Assembly: GCA_965235115.1 (NCBI GenBank)
Contig: OZ249452.1
Span: 12,648,001-12,712,000, forward strand
Direction of reading: 5' to 3'
Origin: Laetmonice hystrix
Taxonomy: Eukaryota
Length of the DNA stretch: 64,000 nucleotides
Part shown: piece by piece, positions 15,201 through 27,200 of the stretch
Layout: each line of letters begins with the position of its first letter
How positions within the stretch are numbered: the first letter of the stretch is position 1
Translations under genes and position numbers: made by a program
The notes under the pieces: generated by a model
The model's database searches: none
The model's input: only the letters and a program-made list of their open reading frames with translations
What the model was told of the DNA's origin: nothing

Positions 15201-18200
15201 CGGAACACATACTCTTTGTCCTTGATCAGCTTTGTGGCTTTGTAATCTAGGTCAGGAGAGGTCATCTTGTTACCCCAGGTGCTGCGTGATTTCTCACGTT
15301 TCTCCAGTACATATTGAGTAATGTCACATCCTCCATCGTCCTCCGGTTCCTCCCACTTCAGACTCACTGTCGACTCACTGTACTCAGTTACAGCCAGCTC
15401 ACGAGGAGCACTTGGTTTGTCTGGTGCAGATTGGAAACAAATGTATCAGTCATGGTTTCCAAGTAAATATATGAATTTTGTAACAAAAATGAAATATACA
15501 ATGTATCATTATGCAAAACAAAGATTAAACTTAAAATGTAGACTTTATTTTGTATTTTGCCAGAATGTTATTTTACTTTTACCAGGAGTACAAACTTTAT
15601 GTAAGAAAGCAGTGGTTTCTGGTACTCACCAATGACTATAACCTTGACGGTAAGGGTGCACTCTCCATACGGGTTCCTGACGGTAACATTGTAATCACCG
15701 CTGTCAGACCTGACAACTTTTTTCAGACGCAGACACGTCATGCCATATATGGTTTCTTCTTGGAACCGTTTGTCAGAGATTGGCGCGTCCTTGAACGTCC
15801 ATTCTACATCCGGCATTGGATGAGCATTGAAGGGAAGTTCCATGACAGTTGCCGTTCCCGCTTTAAGTGTTCGGACGTCTTCAAACTTCTCAAACGTCCA
15901 CGCAGGCGGAACTAGAAACCAAAAATAGATGTGTTTATTTTACAGTGCAAATGCAAGGTACAGTATATACCTTGGAAAATTTGTGCGTCTCCTGACAAAT
16001 TTCTTCCAAAGTAAAGAGAACTCCTACCTTTAACTGCCAGGTTAGCTGTGGATTCGACGCCTTCCTCGAAGAAGATAGTGTAGTCATCTTCATCCTCTCC
16101 GATGACGTCATTAATGACCAGACGATGTTTTCCACCATCCACCGAGATCTTGTATTTCTTGTCGGCGGAGATTGGTTTTCCTCCCCTGCGCCATTCAGCT
16201 TTCATGTTCTTCTTGGAGATCTCACACTCAAATGTCACTGTACCGGGGATCTCATCGATCTCCTGGTCTTCCAGAGGAATTAGGAAGTCAATCGGCTCAT
16301 CTGGAAGTTAAGAGGAAAAGTTGAAAGCAAAATACAGATGAAACCTCTACTGCCGGAGCATTGTCACCGACAACTCTTGCTAATATAATATTATTGCTTC
16401 AAAACTGGTTTACTTCATTGTGCGCGCTAGGAAAATTTACGTAATGTAGTAAAATGCCCTTTATATATCAAGGGGGATAAAGATGGAGCATATTCAGAGA
16501 AATAAGAGAATATGTGTACCGTATTTGGCTGTTTTTGAAGGTTCTGATGGTTCTCCTGGGCCAGCCTTGTTTTCAGCCGTCACCCGGAACTCGTACTGAG
16601 TCTCTTCTTTCAGGTCAGGAACCTCGTATGTCAGATCCGTCACATCCTCCTTGTTCACTCTCTGCCACCTCTTCTCTCCAACAACCCTCTTCTCAATGAT
16701 GTAGTTTGTGATCGGAGATCCGCCATCACTGTCTGGGGGTTGCCAGGTGATGGTTGCCATGTCAGCCGTAATTTCTTCTACCTCTGGGCGGCCGGCTTGA
16801 CCGGGTTTGTCAAACGGATCTTTGGCGACAAAGCTGATAGGGGCACACGGGCTACCCTGACCTGCATCGTTCTCAGCGAACACCCTGTACTCGTAGGTGG
16901 TTTCCATGTCAAGGTCATCCAAGGTGATAGTTGTCTCTTTCTGGGCCTTCTTGAACACCTTCACCCAGCGAGATCCAGACTTCCTCTCCACGTAGTAACC
17001 AGTGACTGGAGAGCCACCGTCAAACTCTGGCGGTTCCCAGGTCAGAACGGCCGACTCCCTCGTCACGTCCACTGCCTTCAGGTGTATCGGAGGTCCAGGT
17101 GGGTCTAAAATACCGAAAGTATCCACATCACTTAACTCTGGGACATCAAGCATGAATAGATTGGCGCTGACAGCACCCATTGTATATATTTGTTCCTTTA
17201 TGTCTGTATATTATGGGGTAGGGTATCATGTGTCTTAACCAGGTTATGGGCAGTGACCCAGAAGGTAAATCAGTAGTTTTGGAGGGCAGAGTATTTGTGC
17301 CTAACATTATGACAGGAGATCGAAGCAACAGGAAAGTATTGTCCACACCGAGGTAAGGATATACAAGAAGTGTTGCTCACCAAACGGCAGTTTGGCTGTG
17401 ACTGGCTCAGCAGTAGCTGTGGGTTCACTCTCACCAACTGCATTGACTGCCTTCACTCTGAACAAGTACTGGTTGCCCTCAACCAGTTTTGTGACCTTGA
17501 AGTTCATCTCGGTGTCCTTGACCTCACCAGCGTTGACCCATGCCTCACGCTTGACGTCACGTCGTTCCACGATGTAACCAGTGATCGGAGAACCCCCGTC
17601 ACTTTCAGGTTTGTCCCATGCTACGACGATGAAGTCTTTGTAAACTTCGGTGGGGCGAACATTTTGTGGTGGTGAGGGGCGATCTAGAAACCAGAATTGA
17701 GACATTTAGATATGTGGCAATACAAGGAATGTTGTATAATGAAGCCTGACTTCCTTGATAATGTTTCATCGTATATCAACCATAAAATTTCCGAAATCGT
17801 GACAAAATCGCAGCGTCCTTCCGTACCTTTGACTGTGACTGTGAATTCCGCACTGTCGTCACCAGCCACGTTTTCAGCCGTGACCTTGTACAGACCAGCG
17901 TCCACTGCTCCAACATCCTTGACAGTCAACCTTGACGAGTTCTCTTTCGTTTCAATTGTGACGTCATCACCAGCTTCAAGGACGTCATCATCCTTGTACC
18001 ACGTGACTGTAGGAGTTGGCGTTCCTTTGACATTGACGGGAAGGGCCAAGGTCGCACCACCCTTCAGGGCCTGTGTATCTTCATACTTGTCATCATAAGT
18101 GATTTCAGGTGACACTGAAACCGCAAACATTCACAGTTACCCTTCATCTTTCAGATAACATCAGTCATAGATCCATACTGCAATCAGAATTTATCATGAA

Positions 18201-21200
18201 AATGCATACGTACCATGTACAATGAGGTTACAACTTGTGTCCACCTTGCCCAGCTTGTTACTGGCCTCACACTTGTAAACCTGTTCGTCCTTGGGCCCAA
18301 CCGTTTTAATGGTCAGAGTGGCCACCTCATCCTTGTAGATGATCTTCACTCGTTTCTCGGCTGTTATTTCCTTGGAGTTTCTGAACCTATAAAACAGAAA
18401 CCAAGTTTGTTTTAGACTCTTTGTTAAAACATATGCATACTTTCTGACTTAATACTATCAATAATCTTAGTCTAAAGTAGAAACCTAAGAGTTGTCTTAA
18501 ACAGTTACTAAGTACTCACCATTTTATCTTTGCAACAGGGTCTCCTGGAGCGATAGAACACTCAAGAGTTGCCGTGTCTAGAGAAACGACAGTCTGATCC
18601 TCCAAAGGTTTGATCAACTCTGGTGGATGGCCGACTGCAACAAATATACAACATATTAAATATGTAAACGCCGAAGCAACATAACACGAATTAAATGAGA
18701 GAATTAAATGTGTTTAAACTAGTATTTGACATGATATCTTATCAGAGGTCCTCAGACAGAACATACTTCTCGAAGATAAAAAAAAAAATCTTTTCTTTGA
18801 ACTGCATCTAGCCATAAAACCACGAAGCTAAAGACATTTACCGATGGGTTCCTTGAGAGTGACCGGTGGGTCACTTGGGTCAGACCATGGTCCCTGTCCA
18901 GCCTTGTTGACGGCTGCCACGTGGAACTCGTAGGTGATGCCCTCACCCAGTTTGGTGGGTTTGTATTCTGGCTTGTCTGTCTTGGTGTCAGTGGTGACGG
19001 TTGCCCACATCAATGTTCCTTCAATACGGTGTTCGACAACGTAATGCGTGATGGGCGAACCACCGTCATCCTGCGGGGACTCCCAGTTCAGCTGCACGGA
19101 CCGGCCCCGGATGTCACTACACTGGGGTTGTCCAGGTTTCCCTGGTTTTTCTGCAAGTTAACCACATTCTCGAATTATAACACGATGAAGATTGCAACTC
19201 ACTGATACAATTCTTCTGGGCCTTAAACAAATGGCACCTAACTCGAAAATGGTAACTTCACTTTAATGTAAACATAAAAAAAAAGTTACTGACCTAAGAT
19301 AATTTATTCTATGGAAAGAAATAATTTGACATGGTGGTACTAAATATCACTGGTCACAGATTGTCAAGGTGTGTGTACTTACCATAGGGGTCCTTTGCAG
19401 TGAACGGTTTGGTTGGAGAACTTGGCGGACCAACTCCAACCTTGTTTTCGGCCATCACCCGTAGTTCATACTCGGTGCCTTCAATAAGGTCAGTCACCTT
19501 CAGTTCAAGGTCAGTCATGATCTCCTTGGTAACCTTTATCCAGCGAGAACTGGCTGTGTCACGACGTTCCACATGGTATCCAAGGACAGGAGAGCCTCCA
19601 TCAAACGCTGGTGGTTGCCATGTAAACATGCAGGTCTCCTTGGTAACGTCAGAGACTTCTGGAGATTGTGGTGGACCTGGTGGGTCTGTGACAAATAAAT
19701 AAAGGTAAAGTCAACATTTGCAATATGTTGTCCTCACAAAATAATGTTACAAATGGCAGCCATCAACTATTTGTAATAATATTACCATGCATTCAACGCA
19801 ATTGTTAATTGTTTAGCCTATTACAAATTGAACTTTTATTTCAAAGGTTTGCCAAGCCTTGGATCAGATGGGTTGAAAAAAAAACTCACCATATGGACTC
19901 TTACAGGTTACTGGATCCTTAAGTTCTACAAAAGGTCCGACTCCACACTTGTTCTCAGCCGCCACACGGAACACATACTCTTTGTCCTTGATCAGCTTTG
20001 TGGCTTTGTAATCTAGGTCAGGAGAGGTCATCTTGTTACCCCAGGTGCTGCGTGATTTCTCACGTTTCTCCAGTACATATTGAGTAATGTCACACCCTCC
20101 ATCGTCCTCCGGCTCCTCCCACTTCAGACTCACTGTCGACTCACTGTACTCAGTTACAGCCAGCTCACGAGGAGCACTTGGTTTGTCTGGTACAGATTGA
20201 AAATAAATGTATAAGTCATGGTTTCCAAGTAATAATATGGATTTTGTAACATAAATGAAATAAACAATGTATCATTATGCAAAACAAAGGTTAAACTTAA
20301 AATGTAGACTTTATTTTGTATTTTGCCAGAATGTTTCTTTACTTTTACCAGGAGTACAAACTTTATGTGAGAAAGCAGTGGTTTCTTGTACTCACCGATG
20401 ACTATAACCTTGACGGTAAGGGTGCACTCTCCATACGGGTTCCTGACGGTAACATTGTAATCACCGCTGTCAGACCTGACAACTTTTTTCAGACGCAGAC
20501 ACGTCATGCCATATATGGTTTCCTCTTGGAACCGTTTGTCAGAGATCGGTGCGTCCTTGAACGTCCATTCTACATCCGGCATTGGATGAGCGTTGAAGGG
20601 AAGTTCCATGACGGTTGCCGTTCCCGCTTTGAGGGTTCGGACGTCTTCAAACTTCTCAAACGTCCACGCAGGCGGAACTAGAAACCACAATTAGATGTCG
20701 TTATTTTACAATGGCAAAAGGGCAAGTGTAAAACGTGAATATTTTAGCAATGTCTTATTTGACATTTTTTAACACCACAGGCCTACCTTAGAAGACAGAT
20801 TCTAGATTTCTTTTCTCAAAATCCCTCTGATATAAAGAGAATCCTTACCTTTAACTGCCAGGTTAGCCGTGGATTCGACGCCCTCCTCGAAGAAGATAGT
20901 GTAGTCATCTTCATCCTCTCCGATGACGTCATTAATGACCAGACGATGTTTTCCACCATCCACCGAGATCTTGTATTTCTTGTCGGCGGAGATTGGTTTT
21001 CCTCCCCTGCGCCATTCAGCTTTCATGTTCTTCTTGGAGATCTCACACTCAAATGTCACTGTACCGGGGATCTCATCGATCTCCTGGTCTTCCAGAGGAA
21101 TTAGGAAGTCAATCGGCTCATCTGGAAGTTAGGAGGAAAAGTTGAAAGCAAAATATGGATGAAACCTCTACTGCCGGACCATTGTCGCCGACAACTCTTG

Positions 21201-24200
21201 TTAATATAATATTATTGCTTCAAAACTGGTTTACTTCATTGTGCACGCTAGGAAAATTTACGTAATGTAGTAAAATGCCCTTTATATATCAAGGGGGATA
21301 AAGATGGAGCATATTCAGAGAAATAAGAGAATATGTGTACCGTATTTGGCTGTTTTTGAAGGTTCTGATGGTTCTCCTGGGCCAGCCTTGTTTTCAGCCG
21401 TCACCCGGAACTCGTACTGAGTCTCTTCTTTCAGATCAGGAACCTCGTATGTCAGATCCGTCACATCCTCCTTGTTCACTCTCTGCCACCTCTTCTCTCC
21501 AACAACCCTCTTCTCAATGATGTAGTTTGTGATCGGAGATCCGCCATCACTGTCTGGGGGTTGCCAGGTGATGGTTGCCATGTCAGCCGTAATTTCTTCT
21601 ACCTCTGGGCGGCCGGCTTGACCGGGTTTGTCAAACGGTTCTTTGGCGACAAAGCTGATAGGGGCACATGGGCTACCCTGACCTGCATCGTTCTCAGCGA
21701 ACACCCTGTACTCGTAGGTGGTTCCCATGTCAAGGTCATCCAAGGTGATAGTTGTCTCTTTCTGGGCCTTCTTGAATACCTTCACCCAGCGAGATCCAGA
21801 CTTCCTCTCCACGTAGTAACCAGTGACTGGAGAGCCACCGTCAAACTCTGGCGGTTCCCAGGTCAGAACGGCTGACTCCCTCGTCACGTCCACTGCCTTC
21901 AGGTGTATCGGAGGTCCAGGTGGGTCTAAAATACCGAAAGTATCCACATCACTTAACTCTAGGACTTCAAGCATGAACATTTTGGCGCCAACAGCATCCA
22001 TCGTATTTTTCTTTTAGGGCTGAATATTACGGGGTTGGGTATCATGTTTCTTGAATATGGTTATGGGCAGTGACCCAGAAGGTGAATCAGGAGTTTGGGG
22101 GCTGAGAATTTGTGCCTAATATTATGATAAGAGATCGAAGAAACAGGAAAGTATCGTCCACACTGGGGTAAGGATATACAAGAGGTGTTGCTCACCAAAC
22201 GGCAGTTTGGCTGTAACTGGCTCAGCAGTAGCTGTGGGGTCACTCTCGCCAACTGCATTGACTGCCTTCACTCTGAACAAGTACTGGTTGCCCTCAACCA
22301 GTTTCGTGACCTTGAAGTTCATCTCAGTGTCCTTGACCTCACCGGCCTTGACCCATGCCTCACGCTTGACGTCACGTCGTTCCACGATGTAACCAGTGAT
22401 CGGAGAACCCCCGTCACTTTCAGGTTTGTCCCATGCTACGACGATGAAGTCTTTGTAAACTTCCGTGGGGCGAACATTTTGTGGTGGTGAGGGGCGATCT
22501 AGAAACCAGAATTGAGACATTTAGATATGTGGCAATACAAGGAATGTTGTATAATGAAGCCTGACTTCCTTAATAATGTTTCATAGTATATCAACCAAAA
22601 AACTTCCGAAATTTTGACAAAATCTCAGCGTCCTTCCGTACCTTTGACTGTGACTGTGAATTCAGCACTGTCGTCACCAGCGACATTTTCAGCCATGACC
22701 TTGTACAGACCAGCGTCCACCGCTTCAACATCCTTGACAGTCAACCTTGACGAGTTCTCTTTGGTTTCAATTGTGACGTCATCACCAGATTCAAGGACGT
22801 CATCATCCTTGTACCACGTGACTGTAGGAGTTGGCGTTCCTTTGACATTGACGGGAAGGGTCAAGGTCGCACCTCCCTTCAGGGCCTGTGTATCTTCATA
22901 CTTGTCATCATAAGTGATTTCAGGTGACACTGAAACCGCAAACATTTACAGTTACCCCTCATCTTTCAGATAACATCAGTCATACATCCATACTGCAATC
23001 AGAATTTATCATGAAAATGCATACGTACCATGTACAATGAGGTTACAACTTGTCTCCACCTTGCCCAGCTTGTTACTGGCCTCACACTTGTAAACCTGTT
23101 CGTCCTTGGGCCCAACCGTTTTAATGGTCAGAGTGGCCACCTCATCCTTGTAGATCATCTTTATTCGTTTGTCGGCTGTTATTTCCTTGGAGTTTCTGAA
23201 CCTATAAAACAGAAACCAAGTTTGTTTTAGACTCTTTGTTAAAACATATGCATACTTTCCGACTTAACTCTACCAATTATCGTAGTCTAAAGTAGAAACC
23301 TAGGAGTTGTCTTAAACAGTACTCACCATTTTATCTTTGCAACAGGGTCTCCTGGAGCGATAGAACACTCAAGAGTCGCCGTGTCTAGAGAAACGACAGT
23401 CTGGTCCTCCAAAGGTTTGATCAACTCCGGTGGATGGCCGACTGCAACAAATATACATGCATATTAAACATCTAAACGCTGAAGCAACATAACACGAATT
23501 AAATGAGAGAATTAAATGTCGTTAAACAAGTATTTGACACAATATCTGATCAGAGGTCCGCACACAGAACATACTTCCGGAAGATTAAAAAAATATCTTT
23601 TCTTTGAAATGCATGTAGACATAAAAGCACGAAGTTAAAGACATTTACCGATGGGTTCCTTCAGAGTGACCGGTGGGTCACTTGGGTCAGACCATGGTCC
23701 CTGTCCAGCCTTGTTGACGGCTGCCACGTGGAACTCGTAGGTGATGCCCTCACCCAGTTTGGTGGGTTTGTATTCTGGCTTGTCTGTCTTGGTGTCAGTG
23801 GTGACGGTTGCCCACATCAATGTTCCTTCAATACGGTGTTCGACAACATAATGCGTGATGGGCGAGCCACCGTCATCCTGTGGGGACTCCCAGTTCAGCT
23901 GCACGGACCGGCCCCGGATGTCACTACATTGGGGTTGGCCAGGTTTCCCTGGTTTTTCTGCAAGTTAACCACATTCTCGATTTATAACACGATGAAGACT
24001 GCAACTCACTGATACAATTCTTCTGGGCCTTAAACAAATGGCACCTAACTTGAAAATGGTAACTTCACTTTAATGTAAACGTGAAAAAAAGGTTACTGAC
24101 CTAAGATAATTCATTCTGAGGAAAGAAATAATTTGATATGGTGGTCCTTAATGCCTCTGGTCACAGATTGTCGGGGTATATATACTTACCATAAGGGTCC

Positions 24201-27200
24201 TTTGCAGTGAACGGTTTGGTTGGAGAACTTGGCGGACCAACTCCAACCTTGTTTTCGGCCATCACCCGTAGTTCATACTCGGTGCCTTCAATAAGGTCAG
24301 TCACCTTCAGTTCAAGGTCAGTCATGATCTCCTTGGTAACCTTTATCCAGCGAGAACTGGCTGTGTCACGACGTTCCACATGGTATCCAAGGACGGGAGA
24401 GCCTCCATCAAACGCTGGTGGTTGCCATGTAAACATGCAGGTCTCCTTGGTAACGTCAGAGACTTCTGGAGATTGTGGTGGACCTGGTGGGTCTGTGACA
24501 AATAAATAAAGGTAAAGTCAACATTTGCAATAATTATGTTGTCCTCACAAAATAATGTTACAAATGGCAGCCATCAACTATTTGTAATAATATTACCGTG
24601 CACCCAACACAATTGTTAATTGCTTAGTCTATGAAAAATTAAACTTTTATTAGAAAGATTTGCCAGGCCTTGGAAATCTGATGGGTTGAAAAAAAACTCA
24701 CCATATGGACTCTTACAGGTGACCGGATCCTTAAGTTCTACAAAAGGTCCGACTCCACACTTGTTCTCAGCCGCCACACGGAACACATACTCTTTGTCCT
24801 TGATCAGCTTTGTGGCTTTGTAATCTAGGTCAGGAGAGGTCATCTTGTTACCCCAGGTGCTGCGTGATTTCTCACGTTTCTCCAGTACATATTGAGTAAT
24901 GTCACATCCTCCATCGTCCTCCGGCTCCTCCCACTTCAGACTCACTGTCGACTCACTGTACTCAGTTACAGCCAGCTCACGAGGAGCACTTGGTTTGTCT
25001 GGCGCAGATTGAAAATAAATGTATAAGTCATGGTTTCCAAGTAATAATATGGATTTTGTAACATAAATGAAATAAACAATGTATCATTATGCAAAACAAA
25101 GATTAAACTTAAAATGTAGACTTTATTTTGTATTTTGCCAGAATGTTTCTTTACTTATACCAGGAGTACAAACTTTATGTGAGGAAGCAGTGGTTTCTGG
25201 TACTCACCGATGACTATAACCTTGACGGTAAGGGTGCACTCTCCATACGGGTTCCTGACGGTAACATTGTAATCACCGCTGTCAGACCTGACAACTTTTT
25301 TCAGACGCAGACACGTCATGCCATATATGGTTTCCTCCTGGAACCGTTTGTCAGAGATTGGCGCGTCCTTGAACGTCCATTCTACATCCGGCATTGGATG
25401 AGCATTGAAGGGAAGTTCCATGACGGTTGCCGCTCCCACTTTAAGCGTTCGGACGTCTTCAAACTTCTCAAACGTCCACGCAGGCGGAACTAGAAACCAA
25501 AAATAGATGTGTTTATTTTACAAATGCAAGGTACACTATATACCTTGGAAAATTTGTGCGTCTTCTGTCAAATTTCTTCCAAAGTAAAGAGAACTCCTAC
25601 CTTTGACTGCCAGGTTAGCCGTGGATTCGACGCCTTCCTCGAAGAAAATAGTGTAGTCATCTTCATCCTCTCCGATGACGTCATTAATGACCAGACGATG
25701 TTTTCCACCATCCACTGAGATCTTGTACTTTTTGTCAGCAGAGATTGGTTTTCCTCCCCTGCGCCATTCAGCTTTCATGTTCTTCTTGGAGATCTCACAC
25801 TCAAATGTCACTGTACCGGGGATCTCATCGACCTCCTGGTCTTCCAGAGGAATTAGGAAGTCAATCGGCTCATCTGGAAGTTAAGAGGAATCATAAGTTT
25901 CAAAAGAGAAATCCTATACCACATGAAGTTTTGCGATGTCACTATATTAGACGTTTAGGCATTAATTTTTTACGTTACTCTATAAACTTTACATAGAATC
26001 ATTATAACGATAATGCCAAGAATGAGCAGCCTAAAGTTTTGTTTTCGAAGGGCCACACTGCCTTCCTTACCGTATTTTCTTGGCAGAGACGGGGGCGAGA
26101 ATGGACCAACGCCCGCTTTATTTTCTGCGGCTACTCTGAACTCGTACTCCTTCTCAGTCACCAAACCAGACACGGTAAAGCTTAATTCAGACACAGTCTT
26201 GCCCTTGCTGCCCTGCTTCCACGCTTTATCACCATGGAGACGGTATTCGATGACGTAGTTGAAGATTTCGGCACCGCCGTCGTTCTCTGGCGGGGTCCAA
26301 GTGATAGTGGCATCATCGGCCGACATTTCAGTGACCTCAGGGCGACCTGGAGCCTCGGGGACGTCTACAATAGATACAGTAAGGTCAGCGTACCAGTGAG
26401 CATCCTATTGCAGGGCGGTCAGATACAACAGGCAAATCTCAAAAACAAGAACAGAACATCCATAGGGGTTAAGTAAGAAAATGTTTGTGTCTCACAAACA
26501 AGGGGTCCGGATCCCCTCACTACACTAGTGGCCGTCTGCAAGAACATTTTGTGAAGTTAATTCCAAGAATGGCTTAACTTAGTATCTATCCTAGATTTAA
26601 GGTTGTTTAATGGAATTCTTTTGTGCTTGGCCAGCGAAATAAGGGCCAGTCTCCAAGAATGAGAAAAGGCTAGAAAATTATGACTTTCTGGCAACTGAAA
26701 ATATGTGTAAATCCACAGATTTAGTTAATCTTGAGATTAACTATGTCCTTGCAGTTTAATGTTACTTGATATCAAATAATTTGGTATCACAAGAGTAACC
26801 CCTACTCTGCCCCTGGTCAATGCTCCAATACGGTTATTTAGCAGTGTAAAGTGTTTGTTATGATTGGTCTTACCAAATGGATCCTTGGCAATGATGCTGA
26901 TTGGCTCACAGGGCTCGCCCACGCCTGCAGCGTTCTCTGCGGCGACCCTGAACTTGTACTCGGTGCCCTCCTCAAGGTCACTAATCTCCAAGGTCAGCTC
27001 CGAGATGACCTTCTTGTTGACCTTAGACCAGCGGGAGCTGTAGGACGCCATGCGTTCGACGTAGTAACCTGTGACCGGACTGCCACCGTCTGACTCAGGA
27101 GGTTCCCAAGTCAGGACAGTCGATTTCTTGGTCGTATCATTGGCCGCCAGGTTGATGGGTGGACCAGGCTTATCTGTAAAAGAGACAGCATCGGGTAAGT

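Larger units (their letters stand above)
11745..25890. repeat. Tandem triplication of a ~4.8-kb, 10-exon unit (super-repeats D, C, B)
   Basis: Equivalent exons are offset by 4775-4821 bp. Exons and most introns are near-identical by eye. Confidence 0.95.
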
